A DNA stretch of 64,000 nt. It comes from Takakia lepidozioides (taxonomy: Eukaryota > Plantae > Bryophyta). The translations under genes were made by a program, and so were the position numbers. The notes under the pieces are model-generated. The model saw only the letters and a program-made list of their open reading frames with translations. It did no database searches and was not told the origin of the DNA. The stretch is taken from NCBI GenBank assembly GCA_030704615.1, contig CM060731.1, forward strand, positions 90,830,001-90,894,000, given 5' to 3'. Numbering within the stretch: position 1 is the stretch's first letter; the number at the start of each line of letters is the position of its first letter. Of the stretch, positions 47,801 to 63,069 are shown piece by piece.

Positions 47801-50800
47801 GTCATGGACTTTGATGATTCTATGCTAGTAATCCAATTGAGAATTGGAAGCACAGACTTGACTGATGTACTGATAGATGGAGGCTCAGGAGTGAATATTA
47901 TAACAGACCAATTAAGGCAGAAGCTTGGTCTAAGTAACATGAAACCAGCCCCATTCATAGTAACAATGGCAGATCAACGGAGTGTACAGCCATTAGGCTT
48001 GATAAGAGGAGTTAAGATACAGATTCAGAAGACGATCTTTAAGATCACAGTGACTGTGTTGAAAATGGATGATGTCATGGAAGCTTACTCCTTATTATTG
48101 GGTCGACCATGGCTGAAACAGGCCAGGGTATTCCATGACTGGAATTCCCAGTTACTAACTGTGCATGATGGGAAGTACAAGATACAAGTCACCACTAAGA
48201 AATCTAGTAGGCTACCTGCTACCAGAAGGCCTCATGGAGTCAGAGAGTATGACTGGAGGGGAGGACTTGATGAGGAGCAGGAAGCTACCTTGTTTGCTGC
48301 ACACCAAGAGTGGGAGCAAGTTGTAGAAATGCAACTGGGAGGTCTGAGTTGTTTTAAAGGTGTCTGCTGTGGTGCAGTAACAACAACACCAATTGAGGGG
48401 GAAACAAGTAGTTACCCACCACATTTCTATGAGAAAAGAGATGGAGAAATAGAAATCCTAGAAGAACCAACCACTGTGAGTTTACAGGATGAAGTAGTGG
48501 CTGGATGGACAGTCACAACTGAAGAGCAGGTGAGAGAAGTGAATGTGGAAACTGAGGAGAAACCAAGAATGGTGAAAGTAGGGGCTGACTTGGAGCCAGA
48601 ATTCTTTGAGGAAGCTAAGAGCCTGTTCATCAAATACAAAGATGTATTTGCTTGGAGCTATGAGGATCTGAAGGGGATACCACCTGAGATCTGCCAGCAT
48701 AAGATTGAACTGGAACCAGGGTCAGTACCAATTAAACAGGCAAGGTACAAGATGAATCCTAACTATGCACAGAAGGTTGAGGAAGAGATCAAGAAGCTTG
48801 TTGAGGCTAAGTTCATATACTCCATAGAGTATACAACTTGGCTATCACCCATTGTGATAGTCCCCAAGAAGAATGGCAAACTGAGAGTTTGTGTGAACTA
48901 TAAGAAGTTGAATGCGTGTATAAAGAAAGATCATTTTCCTTTGCCATTCACAGAAGCTATACTGGACACTGTGGCAGGCCATGAGATGTACTCATTCATG
49001 GATGGCTTCAGTGGGTATAACCAAGTGCAAGTAGCGGAAGAAGACCAGGGAAAGACAGCTTTCATCACAGACTGGGGTGTTTATGCATACAAAGTCATGC
49101 CTTTTGGACTTTGTAATGCACCAGCAACTTTTCATAGAGTGATAAGTGAGTCTTTCCATGAGTATTTGGATGATTTCATGCAAGTGTTCTTAGATGACTT
49201 CAGTGTGTACAGCTCTAAGAATGAGCACTTGCAGAAGTTGGAATTATGTTTGGCCAGATGCATGATGAGAGGTCTTGGTCTGAATCCAGAAAAGTGTACT
49301 TTCTGTGTGAATTCAGGGGTATTACTGGGACACATTGTGTGTAAGAAATGACTGCTTGTGGATCCTAGAAAGACAGAGGCTACTAAAGCCTCACCACCAC
49401 CAAGTAACGTTAAGGGTCTAAGGAGGTTCTTTGGACAAACTACTTATTATAGAAGGTTTGTCAAACGGTATGCACAGATGACAGCTCCATTGAGCAAGTT
49501 TCTGAAGAAGGATACAGTGTTTGCATGGACAGCTGAATGTCAACAGGCATTTGAAGCACTTACATTGTCAGTAATAACTACACCTGTGTTGATTAACCCT
49601 CATTGACATGTAGTATTCCATGTACACTATGATGCCTCAGGAGAAGCATTGGGAGCTGTGTTAGCCCAAAATGTCACAGGAAACATAGATTCACCTGTGT
49701 ACTATGCTAGCAGATTGTTGAATAGTGCGGAGATAAACTATAGCACTACTGAAAGAGAAGCTTTGGCAATGATTTATGCAGTCAAGAAATTCAGGCATTA
49801 CCTATTGGGAAGGAAGTTTATGTTTTATGTGGATCATCAGGCTTTGATTTATCTGGTGAACAAGCCTTTGATAAGTGGCAGGATATCAAGATGGATGATA
49901 ATCTTGCACGAGTTTGAATTCGAAGTTGTTTACAAGCTTGGCCGTTTGCATCTTGTGGTAGATCACTTGTCACGGCTATCAACAAGAGAGGACGCCACGG
50001 GAGTAGACGACCAACTGCCTGATGCGAGTATTTGCAGTGGAGGTGCAAGGAAGTGCAGATGATTGGTTAGATTGGCAGTGGCCAATCAGATACTATCTTA
50101 CTCATGGTCAATGCCCACCCAGTTATGGGAAGGAGCAAAGGAAAAGAATAGCTATCAAGGCACCATACACTATGATAGGGGGAAGATTGTATAAGCTTGG
50201 ACTTGATGGAGTCCTTAAACGATGCTTGTACCACCATGAAGTAAATAAAGTCTTGGAAGAAGTTCATAAAAGAGTGGCTGGAGGTCATTTTGGAGAGGAG
50301 ACTACCAGTAGAAAAATACTACTTGCAGGTTACTGGTGGCCTACTTTGTTCAAGGATGTGCACAAGTATTACAAGGGTTGTGATGAGTGTCAGAGGCTAG
50401 GACCTTTGCAAAGATCTAGGAAGATGGCTTTGCATCCTACGATGTCTACTGAACCATTTCAGAAATGGGGACTAGACTTTGTTGGACCAATTAACCCACC
50501 AGCCAGGAATACACAGAACAATATATAATCACAGCCATTGATTATACTACAAAGTGGGTGGAAGCTAAGGCTCTGAGGGACAACACAACTAAGTCCACAG
50601 CAAGGTTCCTATATGAGAACATACTTACAAGATTTGGCTGTCCCCTGGAATTTATCAGTGACAAGGGAAGTCATTTCATTAATGAGACCATAGAACTATT
50701 GACTAAAGAGTTTATGATTGTGCACATGAAGAGTACAACCTATTACCCACAGGGCAATGGGTAGGCAGAGGCCACCAACAAAATATTATGCACTATCTTG

Positions 50801-53130
50801 GCTAAGATAGTCAATGTAAATAGAACAGATTGGGATACAAAGCTGTTGACAGCTTTGAGGTCATACAAGACTTCATATAAAGTCACCACCAAATATACAC
50901 CATTCCAATTAGTTTATGGTATGGAAGCTTTACTTCCAGTGGTATTCTTATTACCTACCATGAGAACTGAATGGGGAAGGAGAATGGAATTGGAGAATTC
51001 AATTAAAGTAAGGAAACATGAATTATATCATATGGAGGAAGTACGTGCTGATGCAGCAGATAACATGACCAGAATTCAGATGAAGAGGAAGGATCAGTTT
51101 GATGAAGGTAATTGAAGACTTCTAAGATGAGTGATTTGGTACTGTGGTTGCAGAAGAAGGGAAAGATTAAAGCTTCTAAGCTTAAGTCACCATGGAAATG
51201 GCCTTATGTCATACAGAAGATGTATGATAACAACACAGCCATGTTACAAACCATTAACAAAGAGATGCTTGGTAGAGTCAATGCCAATAAGTTGAAGGGA
51301 TACAGTGTATCCATGATAAACCATTACAACATGATTTCCATCTTGAAACACAGATGCAGTCACACACTACACCGGTAACATCAACGGAGCATGGAGCACT
51401 TGTAGTAAAGCCAAATGTGAGTGGCCATAGCAGAGAACACGAGTGTTCACACAGCCATCACAGTCCATCACAGTCTAACACAATATATCACAGCCCACCA
51501 CAATTTGACACAGCCTATCACAGCCCAACACAGCCCACACAGGTTGCACAGTTCATAGGGTCAGTAACAGGTGGTTGCGGGTTAACGTCAGAAAAGTGGC
51601 CGGTAAGTCCAAAGACAGTTTGGAAGTCAACCTTGAAGAATATGCCACGCGGACAGATGAAGACGGTAAAGTGTTTGAATTCAAATACGTGGCCAATGGA
51701 GCAAAGCACTCCGCATTGCATGTACTGCAATATCGGGTGCCATTATGCAAGAAGATAAACAGGGCCGTCAAAGTACCTACCCGGTACCTCAGCCAAAACT
51801 AATTACGGGCCCATTAATGCATCAAAGAGACAGGTAACGGAACCATTTACGCGTCCGGCAAAGGGGGACCTTTGCCACATGTGTAGTCCTAGTGGGCATT
51901 CCAACTTGGAATGTGAACAGATGAGGGTAAAATTGAGAAATTACCCATTGAGGCAACGACCAATCAGAAACGTGAATTCTATGCAAGTGGTTCCATTCAA
52001 GAAACAAGAACAAGAACTTAAAAAAATTATGAGTAGAAGAGTAGGGGTTGCTCCGGATAACCAGCGTCTCGACGGGAGGGGCAATCAAAGCTATAGCTTT
52101 GTAGCTATGGCGGATATCACAGACTATACGCTAGCTTTACTTCTTACGTAGTGGCGCAAGGACGAGTGGGTTGAGAGTGCATTTTCTCTCACTCATTATT
52201 TGCAAGCCCCACAGGCTTACACTCATTTAGCCGTTCCATTCTGTGCCAACCATACTTTCATGCTTTATGCCCTGCAAGCTTTCCTACAGCTAGTCCAAAC
52301 AAGGCCTTCTTGTTTGTCCGGGATGAAGAGAATTAGAGGGATGGAGGATCTCAGGGTGAAGAACACCACGATTTTACAGAAGCAGACAATTGCTACGCCA
52401 CAGGCAGTGCAGCTGCTGAGGGAGCTGCGTTTGGACGCAAAGAGTGGTTTTTGCATCATCGGGGGTTGATGATCCAATTCATTCAGAACTTTGAGCCTCG
52501 GACAAGAGTTACCCAGGTGAAGGGAGTAGATATAGAGATTACTCCTCAGTACTTGCAACAACTGTTTGAATTGCCATCTGGTCATGTGAATGTGGATGAG
52601 CACAGGGCAAGATTGCAAATAGGAGATTTGTTCCAAGAAATGAGTTTCTTTAGGACCCAGGGATACACCTGCACCAAGGCCGGGTACCCATGATTAAGGG
52701 AAGTTGGCCAAATACTGAACGTTCTGTTTGCCATGAAATAGAACTAACAGTATCTTAGCAGATCTTTCACGGAGGAGGTACTGAAAGCCTTGAGGGAAGA
52801 GGATGTGGCTTGGGCGGAGTTGATGTACAATGGTCTGGTGGATGAGATGAAGCGGTTACAAAATACTACTGCTAAGTCCCCGATCATTGTGTCTGACCCA
52901 ATAATTGCGCAAAGTATCTTTCACTCTTGTTTGCTTGATGTGTGAGAACGCAAGGTGATGGGAGTGTTTGAGACAGCCACAACTGCAGTTGAGGAGCAGG
53001 GTTCTTCACAAGGTGAAAGGGGATTGGAGGTCCAAGAGACAAAAGCGGGATGTGACTGTAGTGGCAGATCCACTAGCTACAAGGAAACCACAAGATGATG
53101 TTTCCATAACTCTTGTGCACCCAAGTTGAG
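44826..53130 (+). mobile_element. Decayed Ty3/Gypsy LTR retrotransposon internal region (gag-PR-RT-RH-IN plus extra 3' ORF)
   Basis: Retrotransposon gag (46185-46650), three CCHC knuckles, protease VLIDGGSG, RT FMDGFSGYNQ/FLDDF, RNase H NYSTTEREAL, integrase HFG..WWPT..CDECQR and WGLDFVGP, in Gypsy order. Many stops. LTRs not found. Confidence 0.9.
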
Positions 53131-53149
53131 TGACGAGGACCGGGTGGAA

Positions 53150-53751
53150 GTGACACCCACCTACTTGAGGGGCTATGCTCAATAATGGTGGCAGAAACAC
53201 CTTCATGACCAAAGGCCAAATCGGGAGACCTTGAACTGGAGTGGGTTCAAAGAACTAATGAAAAAGCAGTTTGTGCCCCTCAACGTGTCCTGGCTCGCTC
53301 GAGACAAGATGATGAACTTGAAACAAACGGATGATATCCGGGGATATGTTTAAGCTTTTAATGTGCTATTGCTCGAAGTTGTGGATATGGCGGAACCATA
53401 AATGGTCTTCAACTTTGTGGCGGGACTGCCCTATGGGCTAGACGGAAGTTGGAAGAGGGGCCACCAAAGACTTTGAACGAGGCAATTGAAAAGGCTGAAT
53501 GTTTCTCGGATATCCCTAGGGGCGAAAGACAGGGTCGTACGGAATTGAACCACAAGAAGGTCCGGCGGGAGGGTAACTCCTTCCGACCGGAAAAAAAGTG
53601 GGATAGGCCAAGCGGCGACAATGACGCATTGAAATCAAAGGGAGGGCCTTCGCATGTCAAGGCGACACCCGGTGCTCCGAAAGAAAAATCAGGTGCGATG
53701 GCTTATGGCGGGCAAAAGGCGACCTTTGATGGGGCCACCAGCCAAAACTAA
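53150..53751 (+). pseudogene. Separate retrotransposon gag fragment
   Basis: YLRGYAQ*WW...WSGFKELMKKQFVP...ARDKMMNLKQT...PPKTLNEAIEKAE. Confidence 0.6.
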
Positions 53752-54183
53752 CCCTAACCTAGATATCATTGTAACAGGTTAACGGCTTTATATGCCAAAA
53801 AAATATACTACGGATGTGTACCGCCGTTTTGGATGAGACGGGCCATTTCTAGGCTAAGCAAATATGGGGCTTCACAAGCATTAGGCGTAGAATTCTGCTT
53901 TTCAATCCTCCTCCAAATACGCCATACTTAGGCAGGCAAAATCCTTTACGTGCCAGGCTACAGCCCGTAGCCAAGCTCGACTTTGTCCATAGAGATTTGC
54001 TCATCCAACAAACATCACTGTACTGGCTCAAGGATTAATCGTTCGCCCCTCGCCCACTTTGGATGCACCCGCTACAGTCTTATCTGCACACTTAGTACTT
54101 TCAGCAACAAGATATTTGCTTTCGTTAGGGGTTATAGTTAGAGAGCAAAGGAGCTTTCGTTGCAAAGCACAACCAGTACAGCT

Positions 54184-54701
54184 ATGGCTGCGGTGGTTGC
54201 AGCTTGCTCACCCCGTCATGTTGCTACTGCTGCTGATTCACGCTTCCATTCATGTTTTGCGCATCCGCTAAGGCCCAATTTCATGAGCTTTTTGGACCTA
54301 TCAATGTCGGCTAGGGGAGGTATAAAAGGGATCAGGTCGATCAGACTATGTACGGGGCCTAGAAGATACAAGCGGCTCAGGGCGCAGTTGGTGTTGGAGC
54401 AAGCCACGGAGCAGAAGGATGGCGGGGGCCGTCGGTGGTCCTCCCCTTCTGCAACAGCAGCGTCTGAGCAAGAGGTGCTGGATTATGGAAGTAGTACATC
54501 AAATAATGGTGCACCTGCCAAGTCCTCGAATGGCTCAGTTAGGTCTAGCAATGTAGGAGCGACTAGCAAGCATACGCCCAATGGGGCCGCACGTGTATCA
54601 ACTGAGGAGACGGGCAAGGAGCATAGTAAAGTGGACGTCATTGGGCAGGAGGATCCCTGGTTCAAGAAGGCCAGAATCCAGAACGTTAAGGTGGTGGTGG
54701 T

Positions 54702-54771
<70 letters not shown>

Positions 54772-57700
54772 CCTCACACAAAACCCCATTCACACAACGG
54801 ATTACGCCAAGTAAGGTCTGATAAGTACATCTCTCACGCACACTCTCTCTCGTGGATATTAAGTAAAATGCCTTAGCTCCCATTGCGAATCAGAAAGCCG
54901 GGCACACAGGCAGGATGAAGGACGCATTATGTGGTGGACATACCAGCACAGCAGGTGGTGTAAGAGGTATTGGAGATAAAAATACATGCTACAGGCAAGT
55001 GTCCTGGCATGTATCCTTCATGCTGGTGAGTTTCTTTTTTGTAGCTTCCAACTGGAAGTTCTTCGGAGTTCTGGCAGCAGGAGCTGATGGCCCAAGGAAG
55101 CCAGCCTTTCATGGTTTAGAAGTTGAGGATAGGTAATTTTAAGTCAGGTACCTGGAAGGGCCCTCCTTGTATCTTCCAATCCGGCAATTAGAACTTAAGA
55201 GAAAGAGGGTGACGAGGATCTCAAAAAGGGGAAATACGTTGGACAGGTGTCAGTGGCACCAGGGGGTCGCTGGAACAAGTTCAAGACCTACTCCACCATC
55301 CAGCGCACTCTGGAGATTTGGGGATTTGTCATTTCATTTGCTTTCAAGGCTTGGCTAAACAACCAAAAGTTCATGTACAAGGGTGAGTATCCTTCTGGGT
55401 CTTGTTTCATGAAATGTGCCAGAAGGTTGTGTGACATGAATTTGAAAGGGCCTCTTTCTTGCAAGTGCAATATCCTTCCTAGTTATGCCACGGTGACCAG
55501 TCAGGTGAAGAACAGCTGAAGGATAACTGCCTGAAGGCAGGTACAGGACTGGAGGCATGGGTGTTCCAAAGGGAGAATGTGGGGCAGGTGGGATGACAGA
55601 GGGAAAAAAGAAGGAGAAGCGCAAGGTTCTTGCTAGGTGGGTGAAAGAGGGGCTCCTGCGATTGGGGCCAACATTCATTAAGATAGGGCAGCAATTCTCT
55701 ACACGTGTGGACATTCTTGCGCAGGAGTATGTAGATGAATTGGCCGAGCTGCAGGTTTGCCCTCTTCATCTTGTTACAGGTTTCGTCTTGTTGTGTCTAA
55801 GAAGTTGTGAGCCGAACTTAGGGCTGAGTTTACTGGGCAGGGGAATGGAAGGAAGCAGCTGAATATTCTACTCATTGATGCTTGTAGGATCAAGTGCCAC
55901 CATTTGAGTCAGAGATGGCGGTGCGCATTGTGGAAGAGGAACTAGGCCGTCCAGTGGAGCAGATATTTGACCGTTTTGACCGTGATCCCATTGCTGCGGC
56001 CAGTCTAGGTATGTCCTCTCCTACTCACATGCTTGAGGTCTCTGGTGCTACAAAATATCAAGAATGCCGCAGCAGACTGGCAGACAGGTTTTGATGCTGT
56101 AAGGTTGAGTGCAGGGCAAGTGCACCGGGCACAGCTTCATGGTGAAGAGGTGGTGATCAAAGTGCAGCGCCCTGGCCTCAAAGCCCTTTTCGATATTGAC
56201 CTCAAGAATTTGCGGGTCTGCTTTTGTTCTCCCTCTGATTTTTATATTTTGAGGCTTCAACTTCCACAAGTCATCAGATGAGCTCTGGGTGGACGAAACA
56301 GTGTCAATGGCATGTCTATGAGAAGGAAGGAGATGGTAGGAGCTAGTATGTATGTGTGTGGTAGTAGATGCAAAGAGAGGGGGATGTTTGACCTTACGTC
56401 CATGTTAGCTCACCTCAAAATAGTATTCTAACTACGTATTAAGGAAGGAAACGATTTGCACATGTGATACCCTATGTTTGTGAGTGCCTTTAGCGCATGC
56501 TTGCCCATAGTGAGCAAGATTTTTGTCGCTAAACAAGTTCAAGGAGAGCCTTCACTAGGGTCAAGACTACTGTCTTCTAGTTTTTGCTGCAAAGTACACT
56601 TGATTAAAAAGGCTGAAGAGCCTTTGAAGTATATCTCTGTATCACCCCTCTGCCCTGTCTGGCAAGGTGTTTCTACTTCTGTTTATCAACTCTTTCCTTC
56701 TTCCCTATCAGAAGTTTTTGGCATTCTCTGCCTAGGAATAAAGTTGGGTCTTTGTCATTTTGGGTGTGCACAAAAATGCAGGTTATAGCTCAAAATCTAC
56801 AGAAACTGGATCCAAAATCAGATGGGGCAAAAAGAGACTGGGTTGCAATTTATGACGAGTGTGCTGCTGTGCTTTATGAGGTCTTAGCAACCATCCATTT
56901 TGCCCCTTGCCTTGTCCAGTCTGTAGTCAATCAGTGCCATCTCCCCTCCCACCTTTTTCTCATATTCTCTTCTTTCCCCCTCCTCCCTTCTGCTATTGAT
57001 GTATCAATATTGGGTTACCCGTGGTAAATGTGTTATAGTAGCATTCTTCAATCATTGCTGCAAGGGCAAGGCTTGATCCTGGATGGTGAATGGCAAGGCC
57101 TACTGCTTGACGACTAGGGGAAGTTAGCATTTCAGGAAAAGGCAACAAATGCATCCCTCGGTTATTTGGTTCTATAATTTGCACTGTAATCGTGTCAGTA
57201 TATTTCCCCTCTCTCTTAGTCAGTGTGTAACATGAGTGTTATTGTATTCTGTAACTTATCTTGGTCTGCGATGTTTGAAAAACTTTCAAGGTGCGAACAT
57301 GGAACACTTGCCAAAAATTAACAGCTGTTTGGTATTGATTCTTGTGCCCAGGAAATTGATTATAGTAAAGAAGCTGCCAATGCAGAGCTATTTGCAAATA
57401 ATTTCAAAAATTTGGACTATGTCAAGGTTCCCCTGATTTACTGGGAATTTTCCACCCCCCAGGTCAGTTGGCTTTCATTGCCAGATTGAAGAGAGATAAT
57501 AGCTGCTTTTCTTCTCAGTTGAATGATCGGCGGAAGATTCAGGATAGAATGCCAATGTACTGCACATTTTTTCATAAGGATTTGATGTATGTTAAATGTG
57601 CTTGGACACATGTACATGTATGTATAGGTGCTTACCATGGAGTACGTACCAGGCATCAAAATCAATCGCATTGCAGCATTGGACCAGCTTGGAGTTGATC

Positions 57701-60700
57701 GTCAAAGGTATTGCCAATGTACCTGTGATTGCTATATGGGCTCAATGTGTTATCTTACAGGATGACCATGTCTAATTTGTGAATAAGATGGCAGGGTTAG
57801 CAGTCGCGCTTTCTTGTGTGAGAGGAGGTAATTCCAATCAAACTTGAAGAATTGGGCGTAAGGCAAGCTGTGGCCATGTGGTCTTAGATTTCGGAGCAGA
57901 ACCAAAAGTGCAGAACGTGTGTCACATCAGACTAACATTCTGCTGGATTCCATTGGTGTCTTACCACAAAGGACGGATCAGGTGTGTGTTCTTGCAGCGG
58001 AGCTTTGGCAGTGACCTGGTGTTCCCTGGATGGATGTGGCAGGTTGGCAAGGTTTGCTGTTGAGTCATACTTGGAGCAAATTCTTCGGCACGGTTTTTTC
58101 CATGCTGATCCGGTATGCATCTTTCTGGCGATTTCATGGAGCCAAGGATTCCCCTGCATTACCTTCTAAGCTCCCCTTCATTACGTTTGTGCAAACCACT
58201 GAATATGTAAAGGTTTAAGGATGCATGGGGCAGCCATATTTAATTCAAGCGTGGAAGTTATGTTGGGGGAGCAGAAAATTGAAGTCCTGTTGGATTGCAG
58301 CATCCAGGGAATATTGCGGTTGACGATGCCAATGGTGGGCGTCTAATCTTTTATGACTTCGGAATGATGGGCAGGTACAGAGTTTTGCGCTTTTGCACCC
58401 TGTATTTTACTTGTTGTCGTTTTCCCCTTTCTACCTACAAAGCTATGTTTGAAGTTTTTACTGTGTATTTTTCACAGATAATATCTGTTTTCTGGTTCTG
58501 AGTTAGTCAATGAAGGATGTCTCAGTTTGTTCCTCCTTATTGGTCCGGGCTATAGGTGTGAGGTGCTATGTGGGCTGATGTTACTTGATTTTTTGCACCC
58601 TGCTTTTGGTGCCCTGGTGTTTGGTTGTGGATTGCTGAGCATTGGGTACTGGATAGGTTCCATATGCAAATAGATAAAGAGTTACACGTCAGCAGCATGG
58701 AGATGGCTGACCAGTGCTTGTGGTCATGGCATGCAGTATTAGTCCAAATATAAGAGAAGGCCTGCTTGAAGCCTTTTATGGTGTCTATGAGAAGGATCCT
58801 GATAAGGTGAAACTCCTTTTTCTACATGAATACTACCTCTTCTATCACCAGCATGTAATTTTAGAGTTATAAATTGGGGTGTCAGAAGACATTCCATTCA
58901 TTTTATAATCAGGATGCAGGCTGATAATCATAGTGGGTCTGTGGGCTGCAGGGTGCAGCCCCTTATAGTCAATTTTGGATGGTTTGTTCGTGAGCTGAAT
59001 TAAAAACCAAACGATAGTTGCATGTCACTAATTGTCTTGCAGATGATGATGTAGTCTCACAAATGACAGACTAACCATCTGTTACCTTGCATGCGGGCAG
59101 GCGTTAGGCAACAGAGAAGCTTTGTGATTGTAAATGAACTTTTATCAAGCTGTGAGAGGAGGGCATGGGCCTACTTTCAAAATTATGTAAGAAATGGAGA
59201 ATAACTTCGCAGCTTCCTTTTGGCATGGAGCAGTGTTTCACTCATTTTGAGTTGACATTTGCGTTGAAATACTGAAAGCTTGGTAGAGTCTGATACCTTT
59301 TTTATTTCAGATATCAAAAGATGGTTCTTCAACCAGGGTCAAGAATTAGATTATGGGAAGACAGTTGGCCTCAAAACACTGGATCAGAAAGTAACACAGC
59401 TGTCCAGAGCTGGGCCAACTCAGTTTTACTGGCCTGAGATGGGCCAGGGTCGTAATTACTAAGCCTGTAGACTGATATATTTGCAGAGTTGGTTCATAGC
59501 AAGGCAAGTCCATCCACTAGTACTTTTATGTGAAACCTTTGCAGCAACTCAATGGCTGTGACATCGGATGCAGGTGCTACAAGCAATGGTGCAGATGGGG
59601 GTGCTTGTGCCCACAGGTGACCTGACGGCAGTGCGACGCACAGCACAATTCTTCCTCAACAGGTGTGTGGCTCCTTCCTATGCCCCCCTTGCTTGTGAGG
59701 TTTATTGAAGGTTTGTCTTAATCATATCACGGGGCCTCTTACACAGCTTTGAGGAGCGATTAGCGGCACAGCGTATACAGCAGGAAAAGGAGGATGCCGC
59801 AGTGGCTGAAAGGGGCTTCAAGAAGCCGCTTTCCCAGGAGGAGAAGACTGAGAAAAAGAAGTTACGCCTAGCAGCAATAGGTCAGTTAAAGGGGAGCTCT
59901 TAATTATTTTTGAGGTCATCTGGTCATGAAATATGCTGCACTCTAACATAGAAAAGTCATAATGGGAAGTAATGTGTGGAAAATGGAACATGCTGCAGGA
60001 GAGGATCTGCTGTCGATTGCAGTGGATCAACCCTTTCGGTTCCCAGCTACATTCACTTTTGTAGTTCGTGCATTCTCAGGTGAGGCTTTCAAATTTGTCT
60101 GTGAGGGCAAGTACTATCACTTGCAAGGAGGATGGGGACAGGAGTGTCTCTTGCATATGGGTCAACAGTTTTTGTGTTGCAAGTCTTATTCTGGACATGC
60201 CTGGGTGGGCTTGCAGTGCTGGATGGCATAGGAAAGGGCTTAGACCCTCGATTTGATATCTCTGAAATTGCTAAACCGTGAGTACCTTGCATTTCTTCAC
60301 ACATGCTTCTCATTCTACTATTCTGCAAGGTGCACATCAGCTTCTTTCTCTGCCTTTGAAGTTTTACTCTGTGAGTACTTTGCATTCTTGCTTTTGTGTA
60401 CAATGAGTAATGAGCTTATCATGGAAGGGGGAATGGTTGGTTTGGCAGATATGCACTGGAACTTCTCAAGTTTCGAGAAGCTGGCATTGAGGTTGTTGTC
60501 AAGGTATTGATGCTATAATTCCCTGCAGGCCAAAGTGACTCCCAGAACAGAACTTCACTAGTGGCCGCCACTACACCCACTTTCCTCACCCACAATTTTG
60601 AAGCCTTGCAGCTCTTTCTCTGTCTCTCTGCTTGTTTGGGCAAATCACACACACCAGCTGGATACTTGTGTGAAGGGATTTCTAGAGGATATCTGGAAAA

Positions 60701-62405
60701 CTCAGATCAATTGTCTGTTCCAAGGTAAGTCGTACTACCGGCGTCAGCCCCTGACAAAGGTAGTTTCTGTCCCTTTGTGTTCCGCTCAAATGGGGTGTGG
60801 GTTCCATGGCCACAAGGCTACGGCAAACAACATCTTATGAGTACATTCTCTTGGTAGTTCTTGAGATAGGAACGTGGCAGGCAACATTACATGTCTTACC
60901 ATGGATTTCAAGGGTTTTTCTAGGTTGAACAGGGTTCACCAACTTTGATGTACAACTCAAGTATTTGGAACAAGTATGTAATCATAATTTGGTTGAGCTG
61001 TATCAATCTGTAATGCGAGAGAATATTGGTCTTGATGGAGACTTATTGAGGGGATGGGATTGCAGGATTTCAGAAAGCGCTGGGACAGGCAGGCGCAAGC
61101 ATTTTCCAATGTTTTCCGGCAACCTGACCGCATAGAAAAGATAGCCAACATGATTCAACGCCTTGTAAGATTCATACTTTCCACTACTGTATGCGTAAAA
61201 ACTTGGCTAGCTAAATATCAGATCAGCATTTTTTTCTTATCTTTGCAAAGCATTGGAGGTCTGTTTGTCCGTTAAAATCGTGCTGGCACCATTGAAATTA
61301 AGGGCTGGTTGAAGTCATTCTGTGATTGGACAGAGGTAACCTTCTTGATGCTTGTGGCCAATCTTAAATGAAAACAATGAGAGTTTGCGGATTGCAGGAG
61401 CAAGGTGATTTGAAGCTGCGTGTGCGCACCTTGGAGTCTGAGCGGGCTTTCAAGCGACTTGCTGCTATGCAGCAAACGATTGGTCATGTATGACTGAGCT
61501 TTACATGGACGTGCACAGCCTACTATTGCCCATGCTAGGGAGATGTGGGTGTCAACTAGCTAGATTTGCAGTTATATGACAAATGATCTGCTGAGTGCTT
61601 GTGACTCAATCACCCTGCTTTGAATTTGATGTGATGGTGGGGGGAAACATCAGCCATCACAGCTGTTGCTAGCTCTGGAGTCCTTCTACTTGTCTCTAAT
61701 TAACAGCCACTTCCTATGGATTGTGCAAGGTGGATAGAGTATCACATAGGGGTATGTTGGCAGTGACTTTTGCAGTCCAACTAGCTGCATAGGGATCCTT
61801 GGTGAACCTGTGACCTACCTACCGTTTAGGTTGTGTGGGTGACAAAATCTGCGAGATGTTGATGCACTATGTTGCATACTGTCTAACTTTTTGGTAATGG
61901 GGACTGGTGCTTGGCAGGCTATACTTGCAGCCACATGCTTGAATCTTGCAACAATGTTATATATTCATACGATCACTGTAAGTCTATTAAATTGATCCAC
62001 CTTGACTCACTTGAGGTGGTATGAATGTCCTTAGAAATACTTGACTGTCTTACTGAATGTCATAGGTCTGTTGAATGTTTTGTCCGTCCATTAAACTTTA
62101 CCACATCTGCAGAGCCTCATATTTTGCACAATGGTATACTGTCTTAGGGGAGAATATCAACCCCAGTTTGGATCTGTTAATCGATGGTTGAAATGACCTT
62201 AGTGCGGGAAGAAGGCAACAAAAAGAAGGAGAAGGCAGTTGAGAAAAAGAAAGGTATGCCTAAGATGTGGGCTGCTGTTTCCATGCAGGCACCGGCTATG
62301 GCTGCCTTTACAGGAAGTGCTGTATTTGGCCTACAGGTCCTGTTGGGCATACTTAAGGTGAAAAGACTCGACAAACAAGAGAAGCTTATTATGGGTACAG
62401 CGTAG
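54184..62405 (+). CDS. ABC1K8: Chloroplast ABC1/UbiB atypical kinase ABC1K8 (OSA1-like), multi-exon
   Basis: Exons give [101 protein letters not shown] and [14 protein letters not shown]. Confidence 0.92.
54703..54769. repeat. Compound (CT)n(CA)n microsatellite in ABC1K8 intron 1
   Basis: Directly visible. Confidence 0.95.
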
Positions 62406-63069
62406 ATGGATCAGGACACCACCTTCACAACTTAGGTAAAGATAACTTCTATGACTAAGTCCTCTCCAGAGTGCGCAGGCATTTTTTTCCCTCCTTGGAC
62501 ATCTCAGTATATACTTTTCTGACTGGCTGTCTAACAATGTGTATCACTGTTAATTCTGTTCCAATCTGTGGCAATAATTCTTCTGAAATATTTATCTCTT
62601 TGAAGAGTGGGGGAAAGAAACTAACAGAACTTTCCTACCTAGTTGATGGAACCACCCAGAATCTACTTTTCTACTTAACTTGTAACACTGCAGATCAGTG
62701 TAAACTTAGTCCAATCTTAGACATTTTGCCGTGATACTGTCTAGTTGCACTGACGCAACCGAGTGAAGCCATATTTTGAGCCTGATCCTCACCCAGCAAT
62801 CAGGTATTTTTCTTGGATGACAAGGACATGCCACCACTCTGGACACAAAAACCAACGCAACTCCCTTACAACAACCTGTATAGACATCATCAAAAAATGT
62901 GAAATTCAATTCACAATGGGCATGTCTTTGCCAACTCCTCCAGGAGGAATCAGTCCATCGCGGTATGCAGGATGCACTGTCTCCTATTCAATTAAAGCCC
63001 TTCATGCAATGAGAAGCTCACACATTGGACACAGAAATTGCCTATGGAAAAAAATCCACCAATGCATGT

